From a virus (taxonomy: Duplodnaviria > Caudoviricetes): DNA of 46,559 nucleotides. The notes below the pieces were generated by a model. That model worked only from the letters and a program-made list of their open reading frames with translations. It searched no databases and was not told the DNA's origin. The DNA is taken from the IMG/VR virus record IMGVR_UViG_3300022178_004311, positions 1-46,559 of that record. One strand, 5' to 3'. The translations under genes and the position numbers were made by a program. Of the stretch, positions 36,212 through 45,714 are shown piece by piece. Every line of letters starts with the position of its first letter. Position 1 is the first letter of the stretch.

Positions 36212-37150
36212 TTACCCCTTCTTTTTGCTGTGCATATGTGATTCTGATTTGACTACCTTCATTTCTTCGATAGGTACGCCTTTTTCGATACCATGTTCAA
36301 ACATGACATCGTACCATGCAATGTTGCCGGCCGCATCAGGCTCTGCATGCATAGTTGTTACAGTTCTACCATCGCCCCAAGACTCGCTGTAAACATGAGT
36401 AGCACAGTTGTGTGGATTCTCTAAGCCTGAATCAACCTTCGTTTCTTCTTTGGCTAGCTTATCAGCAGCTTTTCCAATGCCATCTCTTCTTTTAATAGAT
36501 GTTTTTCTAAAGTTTTGAGCGATACGATTGTCAGTATCTTTTTTACGCGGTGATCTTTTTCTCTCAGCGTCTCGCTCAAAATCTTTAGCTGCTCTTGAGG
36601 CTCCACTAACTTGGCCAGCTGCCTTTTTAATGTACGAAGAAAGAGTAGATTTTTTCAGTTCATCGACCTGCTCTACTTCTTCTTTATGCACTTGAAGATT
36701 CTTCCCAGGATGCTTAGATGTTTTGTTTCCACCGTGATTTAGAGTATAATGAATCTCACCATCATCGTGTCGATACCTTGCTATAACTCGTCCAGTTGCA
36801 CCAGTGCTTTTAACTTTGGCTATCCGGTCTTTCTTAAAATCATCGTGTGTATATTCTTCTTTCATTTCAGGATTGATCTCAACACCACCTTTCTTGGCGT
36901 TTTTTGAGATAGCCTTGCGTCGATTCTTCAGATACTCGTCTGAGTCATCTACATCGCCATCATTATCGATATCTGCATCTGCCTTACCGACTGGATCCAT
37001 TTTACCGTTGTAGAGGCCTTTCTTCATTTTTTCTTTTGATGACATTTCTGTCAAACCGAAGGCTGCATTCTTATCAACGCTCGGTCCTTTTGATGTTATA
37101 TCTTTGACAGCGTCTAGTAGACTATCTGACAATCCAAATCGGTTAGACAT
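36212..37150 (-). CDS. probable capsid-internal modular protein
   Basis: DADIDNDGDVDDSDEYL..RRKAI, VDELKKSTL.SY.KKA, HNCATHV...YDVMFEHG modules separated by Glu-rich junctions. Confidence 0.6.
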   Translation of the reverse strand: MSNRFGLSDSLLDAVKDITSKGPSVDKNAAFGLTEMSSKEKMKKGLYNGKMDPVGKADADIDNDGDVDDSDEYLKNRRKAISKNAKKGGVEINPEMKEEYTHDDFKKDRIAKVKSTGATGRVIARYRHDDGEIHYTLNHGGNKTSKHPGKNLQVHKEEVEQVDELKKSTLSSYIKKAAGQVSGASRAAKDFERDAERKRSPRKKDTDNRIAQNFRKTSIKRRDGIGKAADKLAKEETKVDSGLENPHNCATHVYSESWGDGRTVTTMHAEPDAAGNIAWYDVMFEHGIEKGVPIEEMKVVKSESHMHSKKKG

Positions 37151-37205
37151 TTTTCTATCTCCGGAGATTAGTTATTATACTTATTTATCTTTTTTAATAT
37201 TGGGT

Positions 37206-38687
37206 TTATACTTTAATTTCTCGTTTAACCTTCCGGTAAACCATTCGGCCGTCTGGGAGACGCACTTTAGACATCTTGTAGTCTGATGTTCTTACGTGAT
37301 CCCCAGTCTCTTTTTCTTCAACCTGCGTATCTTCGTTAGCCTGTCTCAGAGCAGACTTGACACGAGGATGATCGCTGAGACCTTTACGTATCTTTTCGAT
37401 TGCTTTAGTAGCACCAGTCATGTTGGAGCCTTTATATCTCTTATCAAAAGCAATGCCCGTAGCCATCTTAACTTCTTTGTCCGCGGCTTCTTGCACATCT
37501 TCTTTTTTGAGCATTGATGCAAGTTTACTTAGCTTTTCTCTATCAGCAGTTGTAATATTCTTTTTCTTTTCATCGTCAGACATCTGCTGGCCAGCATCTG
37601 CTTTCTTTTTCTTCTGCATCATAGCCATATAGTTGCTTGGTACTTTATATTGTGCCTCGTCGAGAGAGGTTTCTTCTTTTGACATGACACGATTAAGCAT
37701 AGCTTTCGCTTCGTTATCCCTGACCTTAAATGCTTTTTTCAAAGCTTCGATGCCTTGCTGAGCATTCTTAGTTGGACCAAGAACTTTATTAATCTGCGCA
37801 TCTGTAACCTTGGCAGCTTCATCGAGAGATGTCTCTTCTCTAATCTGATCAGCAAACTTCTTTAAATGATCATGCGACTTACTAATTGCAACTCTTATTT
37901 GTCTCTTGTGCACAGGCTTGACACTAGGATGATCGTGGAGTTTCAAGATCTTGTCTATGTGCTTAGGAGCGACCTTAGCAGATGTCTTGTTTCTAAAACG
38001 AATGTCTTTCTTACCTTCGAGGTCTTGAGCACTTCGAAGCTGCATGATAATATGCTGGTCTTCGACATCAGCACCACGAATCTCGTCGAGCATTGATTGA
38101 CCTAACTCGTCTGCAGAAAGAAATTCGTTAAGCATGTCTACATTTGGGTCAACTTCTTCAGCAACTTTTTTAGCTGTAGAGGTAGCAATGGCCATCTTCT
38201 TACCCATAGGCATGTCGGGATTATCGCGCTCGATTGCTGTTGCAACTTCTTCGCGTTTCTTTAATTCTGCTGATGTGAGTGTCTTCTCTTCAATCTCGAC
38301 TTCTTCATTACGCTTTGACTTTTGATACTCGTTATACTCTTTGCGTCTGGCATCGTGCGCTGCTTTCTCGGCAGGAGTCATTTGTGAGACTGGCTTCTGC
38401 GCTTCGTCAATCTCCATATCTTCATGAAGAGCTTTGTTGTATTTCTTATCTACAAAAGGCATAATAGCTTTATGCGTAGACTTGTCCATTGCTTTCATAA
38501 ACATATTAAGATCTTTCATTTGACCTTTTTTCATCATTTCAGCTGCAGCTTTCATAGCCGACTGCTCGTCACCGCTCTTACGCATTGCAAGAGCTAACAG
38601 ACCTTTGTAGTCGCCTAATGCAGCTTCTGTCAAATTGTCTTCAGAAACAATTCCACGTATTGCGCTTTCTATTGAACGGTAAGCCAT
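37206..38687 (-). CDS. probable capsid-internal modular protein
   Basis: Basic helical modules separated by LTEA, IDEA, IEEK, two EETSLDEA and VQEA sites. Confidence 0.6.
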   Translation of the reverse strand: MAYRSIESAIRGIVSEDNLTEAALGDYKGLLALAMRKSGDEQSAMKAAAEMMKKGQMKDLNMFMKAMDKSTHKAIMPFVDKKYNKALHEDMEIDEAQKPVSQMTPAEKAAHDARRKEYNEYQKSKRNEEVEIEEKTLTSAELKKREEVATAIERDNPDMPMGKKMAIATSTAKKVAEEVDPNVDMLNEFLSADELGQSMLDEIRGADVEDQHIIMQLRSAQDLEGKKDIRFRNKTSAKVAPKHIDKILKLHDHPSVKPVHKRQIRVAISKSHDHLKKFADQIREETSLDEAAKVTDAQINKVLGPTKNAQQGIEALKKAFKVRDNEAKAMLNRVMSKEETSLDEAQYKVPSNYMAMMQKKKKADAGQQMSDDEKKKNITTADREKLSKLASMLKKEDVQEAADKEVKMATGIAFDKRYKGSNMTGATKAIEKIRKGLSDHPRVKSALRQANEDTQVEEKETGDHVRTSDYKMSKVRLPDGRMVYRKVKREIKV

Positions 38688-38691
38688 CTTA

Positions 38692-38961
38692 TTAGTCCTT
38701 ATTTTTCATTTCTTTTGTTATTCTTCTTTGTTCTTTCTGTAGCTGAACGACGAGCTTAGCCTTGGTCAACCTGCGGTCAAGTTCGATGCCAAGGTTTCTA
38801 CCGTGCTCTTCTAACTGCTTTTTAGTTAGAGCCTCGAGCTCTTTCTTAGTCTTGGTAATTTTTTTGGCTACTTTAACAACCTGCTTGGCTACATCATCTA
38901 CAATGCTGCCGTTATTATTTTCATCCACCGCACCAAACAACTTCTTTAGAAAACCAAACAT
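38692..38961 (-). CDS. hypothetical protein with HeH/Rho-N-like motif
   Basis: LTKKQLEEHGRNLGIELDRRLTKAKLV. Confidence 0.6.
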   Translation of the reverse strand: MFGFLKKLFGAVDENNNGSIVDDVAKQVVKVAKKITKTKKELEALTKKQLEEHGRNLGIELDRRLTKAKLVVQLQKEQRRITKEMKNKD

Positions 38962-38971
38962 TATATACCTC

Positions 38972-41176
38972 TTAATTATCTACTTTGGATCCGGAGCGCC
39001 ACTGATAGCAGCTCCAATATCTTGCTTTTGTAATAGGACCAGGACTGTCACATTTATGTCTAGCCCTGAATGATTTACGTCTTTCTGGATTATCTCTCTT
39101 TATTGAAAGATTGGGATCACCAAACCGCACGACTTTAATGTTGCCAGAGCTTGGATCTTTAACATATACTTTAAACTTTTTCGTAGGTACTTCAGAGGTG
39201 CGAATTGGATCATTCAGTTTTACTGATTTTCCTTGATATTCAGCTTCCGTTATTATTAGATTTTCGTACAAGTCGTTACACTCGCAGAAATTATCTATCA
39301 ACGTAGCTTCATCTAACTCTCCAGGAGTATCTTTCTTGTATTTATCTTTTAATTTATTGGTGCCTTCTTGGCCTGCGCCTCCTTCTTCATAAACAGAGGT
39401 GTGATGCTCGAATGCACCCTGCAGCTTCATTCCGTAGTCTGCTGCTGTCATAAAGGTACCTACACCAGCACCATTCTCTATCTTTAACGACTCATCTAGC
39501 GGCTCTACGTCTTCCTCAGCGGCTTTCGTCTCTGGAACACAGTTAGGTACTGTTTTACCATTCTTCTTCTTTGTGCCTACAGGCTTGTAGTTGTCCCAGC
39601 AAGGATTGTCTTTAGGATTCTTGAGGCCTTCCTTTACTATGAAAGCATTGACCCTTGCATATCCCCACTGCTCTGCTGTGGCACTGTCGGTAGGATTGAT
39701 CAACCACTCTTCTACACCTTCGTAGTAGACATCTCTTATCTCTTCAAACGTGCAGTCAGCTTTCAGAGCTTTCGACTCCAGCGCTATCCTCGACTTGCCA
39801 GTTGGTTCGTAATCTTCTTTGCGGTTTACCGTTTTAGTATCTGCGGAACGAGCTCGGTCAAGCAATCTATCATGCTTCTGCTTGTCTTGTTCTTTTTCTC
39901 TGCGGATTCTTTCTTTGGCTACTGATGTTGCTTCGCCTTCGCCAAACATCTGTTTGTACGATTTTGTGGATCGATTAGACTCAGTCCGAATTTCTGATTG
40001 CTTTTTAAATTGAAATTCTCTTGCTAACTCTGTTGCTTTAGCAATATTAGTAGCCTTTGTCGACTGTTCTACTATTTCTTTTTCTTGAGGTATATTTTTG
40101 TCTTCGAAGAACACGTCTACTGATTGAAGAATATTTTCAATACTCTCGTTTCTACTCGATCTTGCTTGTCGAATTCTTTCGATCTCGCCTTTACGAATCA
40201 TAGGCATGAGGCGTTTTGAAAGCCTATCAATGAGACCAGCCTTCGTTGCTATTAGCTTATCAACAGTAATTTTTTGCGAAGCTGGCAAGGATGCGTAGTT
40301 CTCACCTTTCTTACCAGCAAACTTCTTTCTTAGAATATTCCTAGCGGCCTTCTTAGATCTCTTTTCAAGAGCTTCTTTTGGAGCCATTCTAAATTTCTTA
40401 ATCTTACGCAGGCGTTGCATTCTAGGAGCAAGACGTTTCATTGTCCTGCCTCTTTTCAATCTTTGCTGAAGAGTCATTGGAGCTCTTTCGTCGAGATGCT
40501 CTTCTTCTAACTCTTCTTCAAGGTCTTCTTCTTCGAGCTCATCAACAGCTTTCTGAAGCTCGTCCTTAGTAATGTCTGCAGCGTCAAGATCTGCTTTCTT
40601 CTTGTTCTTCTCTAAGAACAGCTCAATCTCTTCTACTAGCATGCCTTTTCTTAGCATGTTATACATTTTCTTGGCTTGGGTACTCGACATTTTCGAAGGA
40701 ACACCCTTCATGAATGCGTCCATATCTCCATCAGATACTGCCTTTCTCATCTTAGAGGCAGACATGCCCTCCACACCTTCAGCATCTGGGTCACGTTCAC
40801 CAGCACTGACGACTTTTACTTTGTCGAATGTGTAGTCCTTTCCGTTGTACTTGTTGAGGAGTGTGTTATATTCTGATACACGGTCAGAGCCAGCAACAAT
40901 AACAACCTCATTGAAGCCAGCTTTCTGAAGCTCAACCATGAGCTGAATAATTGTTCTGGATGCTGACACCTTGACAATGCTGCCGAAGGCTTTGGTCGCA
41001 AAGGATATCTTGTCTCGATATGAGAGGGGATCTTTGGTGGCGTTCTGAGTGTGGGTTAGATACACACGAGGTTCACCGCGCTCTCTTTTAGCTACGGTTA
41101 TAACTTTCTGTACTAGTTTTTCATGTCCTACTGTTGGAGGATTGAATCTCCCCCAGCTGATTACAGCCTTCTTCAT
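38972..41176 (-). CDS. multidomain protein: N-terminal HxGH nucleotidyltransferase plus several small virion-associated modules
   Basis: GRFNPPTVGH, AGSDR, GMSASKMR; later QWGYARVN, CWDNYK...VPNCVP, and KKFKVYV...FGDP...RRKSFRARH.C...YWSC. Confidence 0.8.
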   Translation of the reverse strand: MKKAVISWGRFNPPTVGHEKLVQKVITVAKRERGEPRVYLTHTQNATKDPLSYRDKISFATKAFGSIVKVSASRTIIQLMVELQKAGFNEVVIVAGSDRVSEYNTLLNKYNGKDYTFDKVKVVSAGERDPDAEGVEGMSASKMRKAVSDGDMDAFMKGVPSKMSSTQAKKMYNMLRKGMLVEEIELFLEKNKKKADLDAADITKDELQKAVDELEEEDLEEELEEEHLDERAPMTLQQRLKRGRTMKRLAPRMQRLRKIKKFRMAPKEALEKRSKKAARNILRKKFAGKKGENYASLPASQKITVDKLIATKAGLIDRLSKRLMPMIRKGEIERIRQARSSRNESIENILQSVDVFFEDKNIPQEKEIVEQSTKATNIAKATELAREFQFKKQSEIRTESNRSTKSYKQMFGEGEATSVAKERIRREKEQDKQKHDRLLDRARSADTKTVNRKEDYEPTGKSRIALESKALKADCTFEEIRDVYYEGVEEWLINPTDSATAEQWGYARVNAFIVKEGLKNPKDNPCWDNYKPVGTKKKNGKTVPNCVPETKAAEEDVEPLDESLKIENGAGVGTFMTAADYGMKLQGAFEHHTSVYEEGGAGQEGTNKLKDKYKKDTPGELDEATLIDNFCECNDLYENLIITEAEYQGKSVKLNDPIRTSEVPTKKFKVYVKDPSSGNIKVVRFGDPNLSIKRDNPERRKSFRARHKCDSPGPITKARYWSCYQWRSGSKVDN

Positions 41177-41220
41177 TGCGTGTTTTCCTCAGACTTAACG
41201 CTAACAATATAATTTTGTTG

Positions 41221-41379
41221 TTATGTATTGTCGCAGTCGTCATCTGTAGTAGATTGTGTGAGATCCACTTCATCAACTTCATATATAAAGTTGCTAGCCT
41301 CGCGTATGCGATACTTCCCCTGCGTTTTTGCTTGTTCGGCAATATATTGGGCATATGCAGTAATAATTGAATCGGACAT
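41221..41379 (-). CDS. small late protein MSDSIITAYAQYIAEQ...(52 aa)
   Basis: Manual translation; GAGGA RBS directly after a late promoter. Confidence 0.6.
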   Translation of the reverse strand: MSDSIITAYAQYIAEQAKTQGKYRIREASNFIYEVDEVDLTQSTTDDDCDNT

Positions 41380-41409
41380 TACTTATCCTCATAATGCTGT
41401 TGTATATTC

Positions 41410-41417
41410 TATTTATA
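41410..41417 (-). promoter_or_regulatory. T4-type late promoter TATAAATA
   Basis: Exact intergenic match. Confidence 0.75.
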
Positions 41418-41422
41418 ATAAC

Positions 41423-42646
41423 TTACTTCTGCCATCCTTTAATTACTTCAGGAGAGAAGTTTGCATAGGAGAACTCTAGCCTATCTACTATCTTAACTGC
41501 GTTACCAATCCTATCTATACTGACGTATCCTTCTTGATTAGTGGTCTCAAATCCTTTCTTTGTTCTCAAGAAGGTACCAAGTGACGAGGCTCTGTTCAGC
41601 TTAGCAATAATAGAGGCTTTGGCCTGAATTATTACGTTCATGAGAGTAAATATGTTTGTAAGCTCGGCAGTGTTCTGAAAAACTTTTTTGAGAACCTCAT
41701 CACGTTTCGCTGTCCATGCTTCTTTTGTCTTTTCTGTTTTCTTCTTGTCTATCTCTTTCTGATACCAATCAGTTATATAATCATATAGCCCTCTGACATG
41801 GGCTTTGGGATTGGGAAATGGCTCGTTCGCTCTGACAAAGGTATTGTTATATGTTTTTATCTTTTGTTTCAATTCCTCATCATCGCGGATAGTATTCAAA
41901 GCCTCGCCGGATATAGTTTGGAAGATTTTACCAGCTTGCGATAGCAGCTCGGTAACTTGATTGGTTTCTTCCTTGGTAAACGTAGCGTTACCAGATACAT
42001 CACGATATGTGGCATCGTCCATCCAAACCGATTTTGGTGACTTCATCTTCTTGACGATATCTTTGCCAAACGAGGCACTCATCTTCTGAAGTGTGGATCC
42101 GGTGTACGTGGTGTGCCAAACGATTCCAATGCTAGCACTCCTGATCTGTCTGCCTAGTGCACTGTTAACTGGTACCACATATACTATGGTGTTGGGTTGG
42201 AACGTATAATACTTGTTACCTTGGATTGTTTTGACTTTAATATCACCTCGAGTGAACATAAGATCACCCTGGTACATTCCTTTAGTAATACCAAGTTTCG
42301 AAAACTCTCGCAGCGCTACTTTGAACTTAGCTGCAAGGTCTCCGGAAAGACTATCATTAATTTCTTTCTCTGTTTTGAACAGCTGAGGATTGACGTTGAA
42401 GACGCCTTTCTTAGCTACGAAGAACTTTCCATCAGATGGATCAACACCAGCAAAGATCGCTGGAGCTCCGTCCCACTTGACTGTTACGTTCACAGCTTTA
42501 TCGCTCGCACCAGCCAGCATATCTCTAAGAGACCGCAATGAGTTTATAGCAGAGCGCGCACCATCAACCCCATCATTGAAGATCATGTCTTCTATATGCT
42601 CCATGTGAGCATTTTTTTGTTCTGTTAGGAATGAGGAAAATTTCAT
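41423..42646 (-). CDS. conserved T4-like protein with KxDG ligase/nucleotidyltransferase-like motif (DUF6267-like)
   Basis: NAHMEHIED, TVKWDGAPA, YQGDLMF, EGYV, VKIVDRLEFS; N-terminal MKFSSFLTE. Confidence 0.7.
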   Translation of the reverse strand: MKFSSFLTEQKNAHMEHIEDMIFNDGVDGARSAINSLRSLRDMLAGASDKAVNVTVKWDGAPAIFAGVDPSDGKFFVAKKGVFNVNPQLFKTEKEINDSLSGDLAAKFKVALREFSKLGITKGMYQGDLMFTRGDIKVKTIQGNKYYTFQPNTIVYVVPVNSALGRQIRSASIGIVWHTTYTGSTLQKMSASFGKDIVKKMKSPKSVWMDDATYRDVSGNATFTKEETNQVTELLSQAGKIFQTISGEALNTIRDDEELKQKIKTYNNTFVRANEPFPNPKAHVRGLYDYITDWYQKEIDKKKTEKTKEAWTAKRDEVLKKVFQNTAELTNIFTLMNVIIQAKASIIAKLNRASSLGTFLRTKKGFETTNQEGYVSIDRIGNAVKIVDRLEFSYANFSPEVIKGWQK

Positions 42647-43578
42647 ATATCTAGTGTCGTGCCTCTTCTCAATGCATATGGTGCTACCATGTATCTAGCA
42701 TAACCAACGCCAAAGTTATTTCTATCGCCTTTCCTAACAAATAACATACATCTATAGTCTGAGGTAGGAAGTGTGCCAGAGAACATATCGTGCGATGATT
42801 TTAAGACATATGTTTGTCCAGACTTCTGCAGATTCATTATCCCTTGACATAGCATATTGACATGCTGACGGCCGTTTGGTTTCATGAAGTCAATTCCATA
42901 CACGGCGGCCTTCTTTACCTTGTCGTCCTTCAAAGGTCTCATAAAAGACTGGCTAGGTTGAAACTGACCCTTTGTGAGTGCTTTAGTGTCTTCAATGAAC
43001 TTCGTTATTTCGGGATGGTTGGGGAACAGTTTGTCTAGCTCTGTTAGTCCCCCATATTGTTGATAGGCTTTGGCAGTTGTACCATCTTTATGGGATATCC
43101 AAGCCACCTCCTTACCAGACGCATCTACGAAATGAAAGTCTGATTTTGGAGTGCCTGGTGTAGAGATAACATCATATACCTCTACTGTTTTTTTTCCTAC
43201 TTTGACATTGATGAATGGTTTTTTTTCTTTTTCTAGGATAACCATCAGCTTATCTCTTAGATCTTTCAATGCCCTATCTTCAGCAGCAGTTCCCCCACCA
43301 GCACCTTTACCACCAAATTCACCTGACTTACCAAGCGCAGTGACTTTCAATTGACTGCCTTTTGTAGTCCTGAAAGATGCAGCAGATAGTCTTTCCTGGC
43401 GGCCAGTTCTCAGCAGCTCATGTAAACCTAGAACAAACTCAGCACTCTTGTCTGCATCTATTTTAATTGTGGTTCCGTCCTTCAAATAGAAATCTTCATT
43501 TTTTTCTATTTTCTCAAGCATCGTCTGAGCACGTGTTGGTCTATCTCTCAGATTGGAGGCTGACAGTCCGGTATACAT
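42643..43578 (-). CDS. putative PD-(D/E)XK-like nuclease-fold protein
   Basis: AEDRA...GTPKSDFHF...WISHKDG...YQQYGG resembles the E...PD...SxK variant. Confidence 0.45.
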   Translation of the reverse strand: MYTGLSASNLRDRPTRAQTMLEKIEKNEDFYLKDGTTIKIDADKSAEFVLGLHELLRTGRQERLSAASFRTTKGSQLKVTALGKSGEFGGKGAGGGTAAEDRALKDLRDKLMVILEKEKKPFINVKVGKKTVEVYDVISTPGTPKSDFHFVDASGKEVAWISHKDGTTAKAYQQYGGLTELDKLFPNHPEITKFIEDTKALTKGQFQPSQSFMRPLKDDKVKKAAVYGIDFMKPNGRQHVNMLCQGIMNLQKSGQTYVLKSSHDMFSGTLPTSDYRCMLFVRKGDRNNFGVGYARYMVAPYALRRGTTLDI

Positions 43579-43617
43579 TGGTAACCTCTGAATAAATGAA
43601 AATGGTAGGGTATCCCA

Positions 43618-43625
43618 TATTTATA
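43618..43625 (-). promoter_or_regulatory. T4-type late promoter TATAAATA
   Basis: Exact match overlapping the protease stop codon. Confidence 0.7.
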
Positions 43626-44793
43626 AAGAAACTACTTTGCTTATCCTCATCGATTGTACGTCCTGTCCATACCCAACGTACACATCCACATCTTTGATTC
43701 CAGATATATCAACGAATCGAATTATCTTAATATAGTTGTCACTGTCTAGTACATAGTCGTCAACAGCTGGAATGAGACCACCATCTTCCATAGGCTTCCA
43801 TACATCAGGCATACGATATTCGGGAATGCTATCGTCCAAACTTTCAACTGGCTGCTTAACATAAACGTCTCCGTTAGCGTTCATTGCTGCTATCCATACC
43901 TTGACTGTAGAACCTATCTCATCTTTCTCTGGTATTAATCTAGCATCGATGCCCCACTTGCTTATAGACTCTAGTCTCACGCCTGCAGGCTCTGGCACTT
44001 CCATATCTTTGAAACTTCTTATAACCCAAGCCTCAAACCACGGATGGCCGACAATGCTATATGGTAAACCACAATAGCCACCATCTCCGTATCCAGTACC
44101 CCAGCTATTCTGAACAATGAACCTTTTGAACTGATCATCGTATCCGACAATGAGCATGAAGTGACCACCTATGCCCTTGCTTCCAATAAAATCGCGAGGA
44201 TATGAATGTAGTTGCCAAGGACCAACTAGGTCTGAGAGATCTGACATTACTTGGCAAGCCATTCCTACTGGCAGACCCTCATGCAGCGCTGCTTTGATTT
44301 TGTTAATTAGAAGATCAGCTTCTTCGCCATAACGATTTACTTTAGGTTGCGTACCAGACAAGGTCTCGTATCGATTCACTCTGTTAGCAAAAGCTTCATT
44401 GTATGCATCGAGCGGAGGATCTATATCATCTTTTGAGAGGTCATATGGGTAATACTCTTCGGTAGGTATGCCGTACTTGTATGCTATGTGATAGGCATCT
44501 CTAGTAAACAGTCCCTCTTCGCCTAGACGACCCTCGTAGGCTTTGGTGGCGTTGTACAAGAACATACGACTGAGATCAATAGGTTTATTATTCCGATTAG
44601 CCAACAGCTCACATGAGCTTGCAACTCCATTAGCAACACAGCTACCAATTGAGCCTTGATGTTCTACTTCGAAGACGTCTGCCCTCAAATCTACTGAACT
44701 AGGTAAATCCTCTAACGCGAATGGAGAGCGATAAGGTATATCCCTCAGGTCGGGAGGAGAAGGTTGTGTGTTTGATATTACATAGTTGCTCAT
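43621..44793 (-). CDS. papain-like cysteine protease (C1A) with extra C-terminal domain
   Basis: LPSSVDLR, QGSIGSC, LSRMFLY, GGHFMLIVGY, QNSWG..YGDGGY. Confidence 0.92.
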   Translation of the reverse strand: MSNYVISNTQPSPPDLRDIPYRSPFALEDLPSSVDLRADVFEVEHQGSIGSCVANGVASSCELLANRNNKPIDLSRMFLYNATKAYEGRLGEEGLFTRDAYHIAYKYGIPTEEYYPYDLSKDDIDPPLDAYNEAFANRVNRYETLSGTQPKVNRYGEEADLLINKIKAALHEGLPVGMACQVMSDLSDLVGPWQLHSYPRDFIGSKGIGGHFMLIVGYDDQFKRFIVQNSWGTGYGDGGYCGLPYSIVGHPWFEAWVIRSFKDMEVPEPAGVRLESISKWGIDARLIPEKDEIGSTVKVWIAAMNANGDVYVKQPVESLDDSIPEYRMPDVWKPMEDGGLIPAVDDYVLDSDNYIKIIRFVDISGIKDVDVYVGYGQDVQSMRISKVVSL

Positions 44794-45005
44794 AGTCCGA
44801 GTATCCTTGCTACGCTGTTCTTATCTGATGCAAGACCCTTTCCAGACCGAAGATGATCTTCGACTTGTTCGAAGTAGAAAGCGGCATCTTGCTCCCCTTT
44901 ATCCTCTAGCATTTCTTTTGCATACTTGAAGAAGTTTACTGTGTTCATGCTGTCACCAGCTTGCATTGAAGCTGCTTTATATTTACCTGGTCTTTGATTA
45001 CTCAC
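44790..45005 (-). CDS. hypothetical protein
   Basis: ORF track; packed. Confidence 0.6.
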   Translation of the reverse strand: MSNQRPGKYKAASMQAGDSMNTVNFFKYAKEMLEDKGEQDAAFYFEQVEDHLRSGKGLASDKNSVARILGL

Positions 45006-45327
45006 CTAACGCCTCCACAACGTGTTTACATTTACCTCTGAACGAGAATCCTGTACAGGTACAAGAGCGCTTGTCCGGGTTGATATGATATACTTGACCT
45101 TTGGATCCTTGTACTTCTATAAGTGCTGAATCTACCTTAACGTCAAACGGATTAACGTCCAGCTGCTTGAACTTACGATAGGCTTTGCTGAACCTCATTG
45201 GTTTGGTAAAGTAGTGAGGTTCCCCACTGCCATTTATATAAGCATGAACCATATCCCCATCTAAGAGATAGATGAAGTTTGGTTGAAAGTCCAAATCCCA
45301 CTCTGTTATCTCTTGAAGTGCTATCAT
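44998..45327 (-). CDS. SWIM zinc-finger protein
   Basis: GSKG..Y...SCTC.GF..RGKCKH. Confidence 0.75.
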   Translation of the reverse strand: MIALQEITEWDLDFQPNFIYLLDGDMVHAYINGSGEPHYFTKPMRFSKAYRKFKQLDVNPFDVKVDSALIEVQGSKGQVYHINPDKRSCTCTGFSFRGKCKHVVEALGE

Positions 45328-45575
45328 TTTTCCCCTACTAGGCCATCATATATGCCATTGTTGTTGATGAACTGCCAACCGACTTGCTTGTCAACCAGGA
45401 AGCGTAATAGTCGACCATCCTGATCCAGAGTAATGACATCCTCGGATTCATTGGAGAAAGTAGATATATCACAACGTACCAACGCCTTCTTCATAGCTTC
45501 GTCATCGACTGTCTCGTCAAAACTATAAACAACGCTCTTCACCGGCTGCACACTTCTTACTATAACATTAATCAT
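45324..45575 (-). CDS. hypothetical protein
   Basis: Start re-called to MINVIV after GAGGAG. Confidence 0.6.
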   Translation of the reverse strand: MINVIVRSVQPVKSVVYSFDETVDDEAMKKALVRCDISTFSNESEDVITLDQDGRLLRFLVDKQVGWQFINNNGIYDGLVGEK

Positions 45576-45714
45576 GCGGATACGACTCCTCTTCGTTAAT
45601 CTCATCAAACATATGTTCGTAACGCTCACCCCACTTGTCTACGAACTCCTCGTAACTGAGATTGTGTAATGCATCCTCAGTCATTTCGATATGCTCATCA
45701 CTCATTCTTCCCAT
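45568..45714 (-). CDS. small acidic hypothetical protein
   Basis: MGRMSDEHIE; TAATG overlap with the upstream gene. Confidence 0.55.
   Translation of the reverse strand: MGRMSDEHIEMTEDALHNLSYEEFVDKWGERYEHMFDEINEEESYPHD

Noticed and set aside
41121-41354. Track ORF of 77 aa
   Set aside because: An alternative frame, 41221..41379, has the RBS and late promoter and does not overlap the next gene
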